From Agromyces hippuratus (GTDB lineage Bacteria; Actinomycetota; Actinomycetes; Actinomycetales; Microbacteriaceae), in assembly GCF_013410355.1 (NCBI RefSeq), contig NZ_JACCFI010000001.1:3069858-3101857 (forward strand): DNA of 32,000 bases. The letters run 5' to 3'. Below are positions 15,897 to 22,396 of this stretch, piece after piece. The notes beneath the pieces are model-generated. The model did no database searches and was not told where the DNA came from. It saw nothing but the letters and a program-made list of their open reading frames with translations. Within the stretch, counting starts at the first letter, position 1. Each line of letters opens with the position of its first letter. The translations under genes were made by a program, and so were the position numbers.

Positions 15897-17153
15897 ATGA
15901 AACCCCTCCGTCAGGTTTCGGCGGCCGACGTCGCGGGGCTGACCGAGGCGCTCCGCGAGGCACTCGCGGGCGGTGACGCCGTGTGGCCGGTCTCCGACGC
16001 GGCAGGTCTCGAGACGGGCGCGGGTCGCCCTCCTCGACCCACGGAAGTCGACGACGACATGGCGCTCGTCGTCGAGACGAGCGGGTCGACGGATGCCCCG
16101 AAGCGCGTGATGCTCTCGGCCGACGCGCTGATCGCGAGCGCCGATGCCACCGCCGATCGCCTCGACGGCCCGGGCCGGTGGCTGCTCGCCCTGCCCGGGC
16201 ACTACGTGGCGGGTGCTCAGGTGCTCGTGCGGTCGATCCTCGCCGGCACCGCGCCCGTGCCGGTCGATGACGGGCCGTTCACGCCAGAGGGGTTCGCCGC
16301 GGCATCCGCTCGACTCAGTGCCGAGACCCCGCGCTACACCTCCCTGGTGCCGGTGCAACTGGCCCGGATCCTCGACCGGGCCGAGCGCGACGCATTCGTG
16401 GCCGCGGCGCTCAGCGGCTACGACGCGGTGCTCGTCGGAGGGCAGGCGCTCGCTCCGGAACTCGTCATCAGGGCCGACCGGCTCGGTGCGCGGGTCGTGC
16501 GCACCTACGGCTCGAGCGAGACCGCGGGCGGCTGCGTCTACGACGGTCGCCCGCTCGACGGCGTCGGCGTGCGCCTCGTCGACGGGCTCGTGGAGCTCTC
16601 GGGACCGATGCTCGCCGCGGGCTATCTCGGGGCCCCGGAGCGCACCGCCGCGACCTTCACGACCGACGCCCGCGGCACCCGCTGGTATCGCACGGGCGAC
16701 CTCGGCGACCTGGCGCCCGACGGGCTCCTCAGCATTCGCGGCCGCGCCGACGACGTCATCATCTCGGGCGGCGTGAAGGTCGCACTCGGCGAGGTCGAAC
16801 GCGCCATCCGCGGCGTTCCGGGGTTCGCCGAGGCCGTCGTGGTCGCGGTCGACGACGCCGACTGGGGTCAGCGGCCCGCGGTCGCGGTCGCGTCGCGTGA
16901 GATGACGCGAATCGACCTTCCTCGTGGGCGGAACGACGCTTCGCGTCACGTCGAGGGGGCGGACGTCGCGGCCCTCGCGACCGCGACGGATGCCGCGGGG
17001 CTCGCGCCCGCCGCCCGGCCCGTGCGGCTGCTGCGACTCGACGCACTGCCGCAGCTCGCCTCGGGCAAGCCCGACCGGCGGCAGCTCGCACGAATGCTCG
17101 CCGAATCGGCGGGGTCGGGGAACACCGAGGTTCCAGGCGGGCGCGCGAACTAG
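15897..17153 (+). CDS. menE: o-Succinylbenzoate-CoA ligase (AMP-binding family)
   Basis: AMP-binding motifs TSGSTDAPKRV, TYGSSETAGG, YRTGDLG and GRADDVIISGG. Directly follows menB. Confidence 0.85.
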   Translation: MKPLRQVSAADVAGLTEALREALAGGDAVWPVSDAAGLETGAGRPPRPTEVDDDMALVVETSGSTDAPKRVMLSADALIASADATADRLDGPGRWLLALPGHYVAGAQVLVRSILAGTAPVPVDDGPFTPEGFAAASARLSAETPRYTSLVPVQLARILDRAERDAFVAAALSGYDAVLVGGQALAPELVIRADRLGARVVRTYGSSETAGGCVYDGRPLDGVGVRLVDGLVELSGPMLAAGYLGAPERTAATFTTDARGTRWYRTGDLGDLAPDGLLSIRGRADDVIISGGVKVALGEVERAIRGVPGFAEAVVVAVDDADWGQRPAVAVASREMTRIDLPRGRNDASRHVEGADVAALATATDAAGLAPAARPVRLLRLDALPQLASGKPDRRQLARMLAESAGSGNTEVPGGRAN

Positions 17154-17156
17154 CAT
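17151..17156 (+). promoter_or_regulatory. Candidate -10 box (TAGCAT) for leaderless menA
   Basis: TAGCAT overlaps the menE stop TAG, then 6 nt, then GTG at 17163. Confidence 0.4.
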
Positions 17157-17162
17157 GTTCGT

Positions 17163-18173
17163 GTGGCCCGCCCGAAACCCCAACGCCTGAATCCCGCCGC
17201 CGACCTCACCGGGAAGTCCGGCACGCCGGCGCGCAGCGGCAACCCGGCCAAGGCCGCCCGAGGCGCGTCATCGCCGAAGGCGCCATCGCGCGATCGCGCC
17301 ACGGCCGCCGACTGGGTCTCGGGCGCGAGACTGCGCACCCTGCCGCTCGCCATCGCACCGGTCGCCCTCGGCACGGGGGCGGGCGTCATCGCGATCGCCG
17401 ACGGTCCGTGGCACCCCGCGCGGGCACTGCTGGCCCTCGTGGTCGCGCTCGCGCTGCAGATCGGCGTCAACTACGCCAACGACTACTCCGACGGCGTGCG
17501 CGGCACCGACGAGCACCGGGTGGGCCCGGCCCGCCTCACGGGCTCAGGCGTCGCCAAGCCCAAGCAGGTGCTCGCCGTCGCGCTGAGCTTCTTCGCCCTC
17601 GCGGCCCTCGCCGGCCTCGCGCTCACGATCGTGACGGGCCAGTGGTGGCTGCTCGCCGTCGGCGCGGTCGCGATCGTCGCCGCCTGGTTCTACACCGGCG
17701 GCAAGCGTCCCTACGGCTACTACGGCCTCGGCGAGCTCTTCGTCTTCGTCTTCTTCGGTCTCGTCGCGACCGCGGGTTCGGCGTTCGTGCAGGCGCTCAG
17801 CGTCAACCTCGAGGCCTGGCTCGGCGGCGTCGGAGTGGGCCTCATCGCCTGCGCGGTGCTCATGGCCAACAACCTGCGCGACGTGGCGCAAGACAAGGTC
17901 GCGGGCAAGCGCACCCTCGCCGTGCTCGTCGGCCCGCTCGCGGGACGCATCCTGTTCGCGGTCTTCATGCTCGTGCCGTTCGCGATCGCCGTGTTCTTCG
18001 CGCTGTTCTACCCGACGGCGTGGCTCGTCATGTTCGCGCTGCTCGCGGCGCTGCCCGCGTGCCTCATCGTGCTCACGGCGAAGACCCCTCGAGAGCTGAT
18101 CATCGCGCTGCAGCTCGCGAGCCTCACGGCGCTCGTCTACGGCATCGGACTCGGTCTGGCGTTCGCGCTCTGA
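17163..18173 (+). CDS. menA: 1,4-Dihydroxy-2-naphthoate polyprenyltransferase (UbiA family)
   Basis: UbiA-type motif NDYSDGVRGTD, a second Asp-rich region (NNLRDVAQD) and about 8-9 TM segments. Basic N-terminal extension of about 45 aa. GTG 17163 is the only start candidate. Confidence 0.85.
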   Translation: MARPKPQRLNPAADLTGKSGTPARSGNPAKAARGASSPKAPSRDRATAADWVSGARLRTLPLAIAPVALGTGAGVIAIADGPWHPARALLALVVALALQIGVNYANDYSDGVRGTDEHRVGPARLTGSGVAKPKQVLAVALSFFALAALAGLALTIVTGQWWLLAVGAVAIVAAWFYTGGKRPYGYYGLGELFVFVFFGLVATAGSAFVQALSVNLEAWLGGVGVGLIACAVLMANNLRDVAQDKVAGKRTLAVLVGPLAGRILFAVFMLVPFAIAVFFALFYPTAWLVMFALLAALPACLIVLTAKTPRELIIALQLASLTALVYGIGLGLAFAL

Positions 18174-18198
18174 TCAGCGAGCGCTCTGATCAGCGCTC
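18165..18198. terminator. Duplicated 15-mer GCGCTCTGATCAGCG forming alternative hairpins between convergent genes
   Basis: Copies at 18165-18179 and 18181-18195. The palindromic TGATCA core supplies the menA stop (TGA 18171-18173, + strand) in copy 1 and the stop of the minus-strand gene (18190-18192) in copy 2. GCGCTC/GAGCGC stems. Confidence 0.5.
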
Positions 18199-18465
18199 GT
18201 CGGCGCCGCGTTCGATCGCGGCGTCTTCGGCCTCGGCGTCTTCGTGCACGACCGGCGTCTCGCGGTGGCGGGCGGCGTAGAGGTCGCTCGACATCGATTC
18301 GCGCGCCCGGCGCAGGAAGATGAGCGACGCGCTCAGCCCGAACAGTGCGGCGATCGCGGTCGAGACCCAGACGTTGACGCCCGCCATGAGGAGCACCGCG
18401 AGCGGAACGGCGAACAGCAGCACCCGCAGCGCGGTGTACCAGATCCAGACGGGCACGGATTTCAC
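18190..18465 (-). CDS. Small two-TM membrane protein (DUF4229-like)
   Basis: GTG start. WIWYTALRVLLFAVPLAVLL and VWVSTAIAALFGLSASLIFL hydrophobic helices, then an acidic tail. I recall this type of small protein as commonly linked to actinobacterial men genes. Confidence 0.6.
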   Translation of the reverse strand: MKSVPVWIWYTALRVLLFAVPLAVLLMAGVNVWVSTAIAALFGLSASLIFLRRARESMSSDLYAARHRETPVVHEDAEAEDAAIERGADER

Positions 18466-18472
18466 CCGATCA

Positions 18473-18478
18473 GTCTAG
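18473..18478 (-). promoter_or_regulatory. Candidate -10 box (TAGACT on minus strand) for the leaderless DUF4229-like gene
   Basis: Minus strand reads CCTAGACTG, then 6 nt, then GTG at 18465. It is the left arm of the 9-bp inverted repeat CAGTCTAGG / CCTAGACTG. Confidence 0.45.
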
Positions 18479-18526
18479 GTCGGCGCGGCTGAACGCACTC
18501 ACAGCCGGGGAGGCGCCGAGCGCGCC

Positions 18527-18532
18527 TAGACT
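18527..18532 (+). promoter_or_regulatory. Candidate -10 box (TAGACT) for the leaderless PLDc_N-like gene
   Basis: CCTAGACTG, then 6 nt, then ATG at 18539. Mirror image of the minus-strand box. Confidence 0.45.
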
Positions 18533-18538
18533 GGGGCC

Positions 18539-18979
18539 ATGGTGCGGTTGTACGTGGTGCTCATCGTTGCCGCGGTGGTCTTTTCGATCTACGCCGTCGC
18601 TGACTGCGCCTTCTTCGACCGTTCACGGGTCCGCGGGCTGAGCCGCGGCTGGTGGATCGTCGTCATCATCTTCGTGCCGATCATCGGCGGGCTGCTCTGG
18701 TTCATCATCGGGCGGGGCCGGGCCGGGCGCTCATCGGGCGGCGGGCGCACTCGCACCGTCGCTCCCGACGACGACGCCGACTTCCTGCGCCGACTCGGCA
18801 CCGAGGCCGAACAGGCCGAGCGCATCCGCCGCATGGAGCAGGAGCTCGCCGACCTCGACCGCGACGGCGCGTCCGGCGACGGCGGGCAGCCCGACGGTGC
18901 CGCGGGCACCGAGCGCAAGCGACCCGACACCCCCGAGACGCCGGGTGAGTCCGGTCCGTCCGGCCGCCCGAATGGCTGA
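18539..18979 (+). CDS. Small membrane protein with PLD-nuclease N-terminal-like (PLDc_N) domain and charged tail
   Basis: Two TM helices with the PLDc_N-style signature WWIVVIIFVPIIGGLLWFIIGRG. Its stop overlaps the menD start (ATGGCTGA). Confidence 0.7.
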   Translation: MVRLYVVLIVAAVVFSIYAVADCAFFDRSRVRGLSRGWWIVVIIFVPIIGGLLWFIIGRGRAGRSSGGGRTRTVAPDDDADFLRRLGTEAEQAERIRRMEQELADLDRDGASGDGGQPDGAAGTERKRPDTPETPGESGPSGRPNG

Positions 18980-20837
18980 ATCCGACCGCCGAACCTCAGC
19001 GAGCCCCGCGAGCGACAGCGCGCTGGCGCTGCTCGCAGCGTTTGTGGGCGAGGGCGTCGTCGACCTCGTCGTGGCACCCGGCTCGCGGTCGCAGGCACTC
19101 GCGCTCGCCGCGGCCGAGCTCGAACGGGCCGGCGCCGTGCGCCTGCACGTGCGCATCGACGAGCGCGGCGCCGCGTTCCTCGCCCTCGGTCTCGCCGTCG
19201 AGTCGGGTCGGCCGGTGCCGATCATCACGACCTCGGGCACGGCGGTCGCGAACCTGCATCCCGCGGTGCTCGAGGCGCACCACTCCGGCGTGCCGCTGAT
19301 CGTGCTCTCGGCCGACCGGCCGGCGGAGCTGCGCGGCATCCGCTCGAACCAGACGACCATGCAGCCGGGCATCTTCGCGGGGGCGGCGCGGCTCGAACGC
19401 GACGTCGTCGCTCCAGAGGGGGCGCCCGGTGAAGCGGATGCCGCGGCGCGCCTCGCCCGCGAGGCCGTCGCCGCCGCCCTCGGCCGTGATGCCGACGGGC
19501 GGCCCGTGCCGCATCCCGGCCCCGGCCCGGTGCATCTCAACCTGCAGCTGCGCGAGCCGCTGTCCGCGGCGATCCCGGCCGATTCGCCGCTGCTGTCGGC
19601 GGCAGCCGTCGCTGCCGCCGACCTGCCAGACGTGCCCGCACCGACCATCGGCGACGGGGCAGCGGCGCCCGCGCTGATCGCGCCCGGCCCGCGCACGATC
19701 GTCGTGGCCGGCGCCGGCGCCGGCCCCGGCGCCGAGGAGTTCGCCCGCGACGGCGGCTGGCCGCTCATCGCCGAGGTCTCGAGCGGCGCCCACTTCGGAC
19801 CGAACCTCGTCGTCGCCTACCGCGAACTGCTGGGCGAGCCGGGCTTCGGCGACGAGATCGAGCGGGTCGTGGTCTTCGGCCACCCGACGCTCTCGAGGGA
19901 GGTGCCCGCGCTCGTGCAGCGCGACGGCGTCGAGACGATCGCCGTGGCGCCGTGGGGCATCGAGTGGTTCAACCCGGGGCGGCGCGTCGCCCGGTTCGAA
20001 CGCGCCGTGCGCACCGAACCGCGCCCGCAGAGCGATGAGGAGCGTGCGTGGGTCGGCCGCTGGGTGCGGGCGAGCCGCATACTCGTCGACGCCGGGCTCC
20101 CGACGGCGCCGCTGCAGCGCGACGGCATCGACGAGACCGGCCACGTCTCCGACTTCGAGGCGCAGCGCGAGTACATGAAGGCCCAGCTCGCCGCGATGCG
20201 GGCGCCCGTCACCCGGCGCATGCTCGTCGACGCCGTCTGGTCGGCGACCTGGCCGCACGACCGGCTCCTCTTCGGCGCCTCGCGCCTCATCAGGGATGCC
20301 GACCGCGCGGTGCCCGGTCGCCGCATCCCCGTGCACGCCAACCGCGGGCTCGCGGGCATCGACGGCACCGTCGCGACGGCCGTCGGCATCGCGATCGCGA
20401 CCCAATGCGCGCTTCCGGGCGAGGCGTCGGTGGCGACGTCGGGCGAGCCGTCGGGCGACGCGGATGCCGCGGCCGTCGCCGCGTCGACGGCGAACACGGC
20501 CAGGGGCGGCGTGACCCGCGCCCTCATCGGCGACCTCACCCTGCTGCACGACGTCGGGTCGATGCTGCTCGGCGAGGGCGAGCAGCGCCCGCGGGTGCAG
20601 CTCATCGTCGGCAACGACGGCGGCGGCACCATCTTCGATTCGCTCGAGGTCGCGGCATCCGCCCCTGCCGAGGCCTTCGACCGGGTGCAGTTCACGCCGC
20701 AGCACGTCGACCTCGCGGCCCTCGCCGCCGCCTACGGCTGGTCGTACACGCGGGCCGCCACGCGAGCCGAGCTGCATGACGCGCTCGGCACCCGGGTCGA
20801 CGGGCCGTCGATCCTCGAGGTCCCGCTTCCGCGCTGA
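18972..20837 (+). CDS. menD: SEPHCHC synthase (2-succinyl-5-enolpyruvyl-6-hydroxy-3-cyclohexene-1-carboxylate synthase), ThDP-dependent
   Basis: N-terminal VVAPGSRSQALALA and TSGTAVANLHPAVLEA; ThDP-binding GDLTLLHDVGS...NDGGGTIF. The ATG at 18972 is preferred over the 18897 ORF-track start because the upstream part overlaps the preceding CDS. Confidence 0.9.
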   Translation: MAESDRRTSASPASDSALALLAAFVGEGVVDLVVAPGSRSQALALAAAELERAGAVRLHVRIDERGAAFLALGLAVESGRPVPIITTSGTAVANLHPAVLEAHHSGVPLIVLSADRPAELRGIRSNQTTMQPGIFAGAARLERDVVAPEGAPGEADAAARLAREAVAAALGRDADGRPVPHPGPGPVHLNLQLREPLSAAIPADSPLLSAAAVAAADLPDVPAPTIGDGAAAPALIAPGPRTIVVAGAGAGPGAEEFARDGGWPLIAEVSSGAHFGPNLVVAYRELLGEPGFGDEIERVVVFGHPTLSREVPALVQRDGVETIAVAPWGIEWFNPGRRVARFERAVRTEPRPQSDEERAWVGRWVRASRILVDAGLPTAPLQRDGIDETGHVSDFEAQREYMKAQLAAMRAPVTRRMLVDAVWSATWPHDRLLFGASRLIRDADRAVPGRRIPVHANRGLAGIDGTVATAVGIAIATQCALPGEASVATSGEPSGDADAAAVAASTANTARGGVTRALIGDLTLLHDVGSMLLGEGEQRPRVQLIVGNDGGGTIFDSLEVAASAPAEAFDRVQFTPQHVDLAALAAAYGWSYTRAATRAELHDALGTRVDGPSILEVPLPR

Positions 20838-20876
20838 CGCTTGCCGCGGCATCCGCTCGCTCGGCAGGATGGACGT

Positions 20877-21734
20877 ATGAGCCGCGAGACGTACTGGACC
20901 GCCGACCCCGCCGACCTGCTGCGCGTCGGTGAGGGGTTCGAACTGTCGAAGACCGGCACCCGTGCGAACCCCGGGTTCGACGGCGACAAGGCCGCGGGGC
21001 AGGAGGCGCTCGCCGAGGGCGCCGAGATCCTCGCCGACCTGCAGGAGCAGCTCTTCGCGATGAGCCGCATGGGCGGCGACGAGCGGCGCATCCTGCTCGT
21101 GCTGCAGGCCATGGACACGGCGGGCAAGGGCGGCATCGTCAAGCACGTCATGGGCGCCGTCGACCCGCAGGGCGTGCAGCTCTCGGCGTTCAAGAAGCCC
21201 ACGGACGAAGAGCTCGAGCACGACTTCCTCTGGCGCATCCACAAGCGCGCCCCCGGCGCCGGCATGATCGGCGTGTTCGACCGCTCGCACTACGAAGACG
21301 TGCTCATCGGCCGGGTGCGCTCGCTCGCCTCGCCCGAGGAGATCGAGCGCCGCTACGAGGCGATCAACGAGTTCGAGGCCGAGCTCGCCGCCACCGGCAC
21401 CACGATCATCAAGGTCATGCTGCACATCTCGCGCGACGAGCAGAAGGCGCGGCTCACCGAGCGGCTCGCCCGCGCCGACAAGCACTGGAAGTTCAACCCC
21501 GGCGACGTCGACGAGCGACTGCGGTGGGACGACTACGCGGCGGCGTACCAGCTCGTCTTCGAGCGCACGGCGACGACGGATGCCCCGTGGTTCGTCGTGC
21601 CCGCCGACCGCAAGTGGTACGCGCGGCTGGCCGTGCAGCACCTGCTGATCGACGCGCTCGAGGCCATGCAGCTCGAGTGGCCGAAGGCCGACTACGACGT
21701 CGCCGAGCAGCAGGCGCGACTCGCCGCCAGCTGA
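20877..21734 (+). CDS. ppk2: Polyphosphate kinase 2 family protein (polyphosphate:nucleotide phosphotransferase)
   Basis: PPK2 P-loop-like LLVLQAMDTAGKGG, then FDRSHYEDV and lid-region motifs. ATG at 20877; an in-frame TTG at 20841 is possible. Confidence 0.85.
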   Translation: MSRETYWTADPADLLRVGEGFELSKTGTRANPGFDGDKAAGQEALAEGAEILADLQEQLFAMSRMGGDERRILLVLQAMDTAGKGGIVKHVMGAVDPQGVQLSAFKKPTDEELEHDFLWRIHKRAPGAGMIGVFDRSHYEDVLIGRVRSLASPEEIERRYEAINEFEAELAATGTTIIKVMLHISRDEQKARLTERLARADKHWKFNPGDVDERLRWDDYAAAYQLVFERTATTDAPWFVVPADRKWYARLAVQHLLIDALEAMQLEWPKADYDVAEQQARLAAS

Positions 21735-21775
21735 CAACGGTCGAGCTGGCGCCGGTCGGGTAGCGACGAAGGAGC

Positions 21776-21852
21776 GTATCGAGACCCTCTGCGGGTCGAG
21801 CCTGTCGAGACCGGCCTGTCGAAACCCTCTGCGGGTTGAGCTCGTCGAAACC
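21776..21852 (+). repeat. Head-to-tail cluster of L-orientation repeat arms
   Basis: CTGCGGGTCGAGCCTGTCGAGACC (21789-21812), partial GGCCTGTCGAAACC (21813-21826) and CTGCGGGTTGAGCTCGTCGAAACC (21829-21852). A further degenerate arm (21871-21897) encodes the C-terminus of the GIY-YIG protein. Confidence 0.85.
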
Positions 21853-21866
21853 CCCACCGGACGACA

Positions 21867-22148
21867 TCACCCCTCCGTCGAACGGCTCAAACCGGGGAGA
21901 TCGCCGTGGCGCCCCTCGATGAGCGCTCGCCGCTTCGCTCGGCTCCACCCCTGCACCTGCTTCTCACGCGCATACGCTTCGTGCATGTGCTTCCACTCCT
22001 CGACGTACACGAGCCTGATGGGAAGACGCGTGCTCGTGTAGGAGTGAACCGCACCGAGTTCGTGCTGTGCGAGTCGGTGGTCGAGGTTGCGAGTGCTTCC
22101 GACGTAGAAGCTCCCGTCGGCGCATTCCAGGATGTACATGTGCGGCAT
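21867..22148 (-). CDS. Stand-alone GIY-YIG (URI-domain) nuclease family protein, 93 aa
   Basis: MYILECADGSFYVGST (GIY...YVG), conserved R (NLDHRLAQH) and EKQVQGW (catalytic Glu region). By hand count 18 of 93 codons end in A/T (GC3 about 81%, versus about 94% for a neighbouring host gene). Confidence 0.85.
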   Translation of the reverse strand: MPHMYILECADGSFYVGSTRNLDHRLAQHELGAVHSYTSTRLPIRLVYVEEWKHMHEAYAREKQVQGWSRAKRRALIEGRHGDLPGLSRSTEG

Positions 22149-22253
22149 GTGCCGATGCTGGCAGGTGTGGGCTGCGCGGCTCGATGGCCGTCGTTTTCGG
22201 GGGCGCTGGTGGAGGCCCGACGGCTGTCGAGGCCGAGTGGGTGTTGCGGGGGT

Positions 22254-22386
22254 GGGGTTTCGACAGGCCTGTGTGTGGGTTGAGCTTGTCGAAACCGAGT
22301 TTGCCGGGTGAGGGTTTCGACGGGCTCAACCCGCAGGGGTTTCGACGGGCTCAACCCGCAGGGGTTTCGACGGGCTCAACCCGCAG
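22254..22386 (+). repeat. Repeat cluster: partial R arm, one complete hairpin element, then two extra R arms (3 perfect 25-bp tandem units)
   Basis: GGGGTTTCGACAGGC (22254-22268); L arm GTGTGGGTTGAGCTTGTCGAAACC (22273-22296); 15-nt loop. GGGTTTCGACGGGCTCAACCCGCAG is repeated identically at 22312-22336, 22337-22361 and 22362-22386. Confidence 0.9.
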
Positions 22387-22396
22387 CAGGAGCAGC

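Larger units (their letters stand above)
21789..22386. mobile_element. Candidate composite element: GIY-YIG gene enclosed by oppositely oriented arms of the palindromic repeat family
   Basis: L arms lie to the left and R arms to the right, with the lower-GC3 nuclease gene as the only cargo. It is inserted between convergent ppk2 and menF within the men cluster. Mobility is inferred, not shown. Confidence 0.3.

Noticed and set aside
15903-15925. GAAACC-N9-GGTTTC hairpin plus GGTTTCGGCGGCCGAC at the start of menE as a possible repeat copy
   Set aside because: The match is only a 6-bp stem and about 9 nt of arm-like sequence. It encodes the ordinary MenE N-terminus (KPLRQVSAADV) and is too weak to call.
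17531-17550. Repeat-like CTCACGGGCTCAGGCGTCGC in menA (LTGSGVAK)
   Set aside because: The similarity to the arm is limited to about 10 nt. As far as I recall, the G-P-x-R-L-x-G-S-G segment is a native conserved part of MenA proteins.
20841-20876. TTG start at 20841 for ppk2 (ORF-track start)
   Set aside because: The ATG at 20877 is preferred because the extra 12 residues (MPRHPLARQDGR) are not part of the PPK2 fold and the ATG has an ANNNT-type box 6 nt upstream. It is left as an alternative.
22312-22386. Possible CRISPR array (also considered for 27093-27211)
   Set aside because: The repeats are directly abutting with no spacers, the units are 25 and 19 bp, and there are no cas genes in the window. 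They belong to the dispersed palindromic family.
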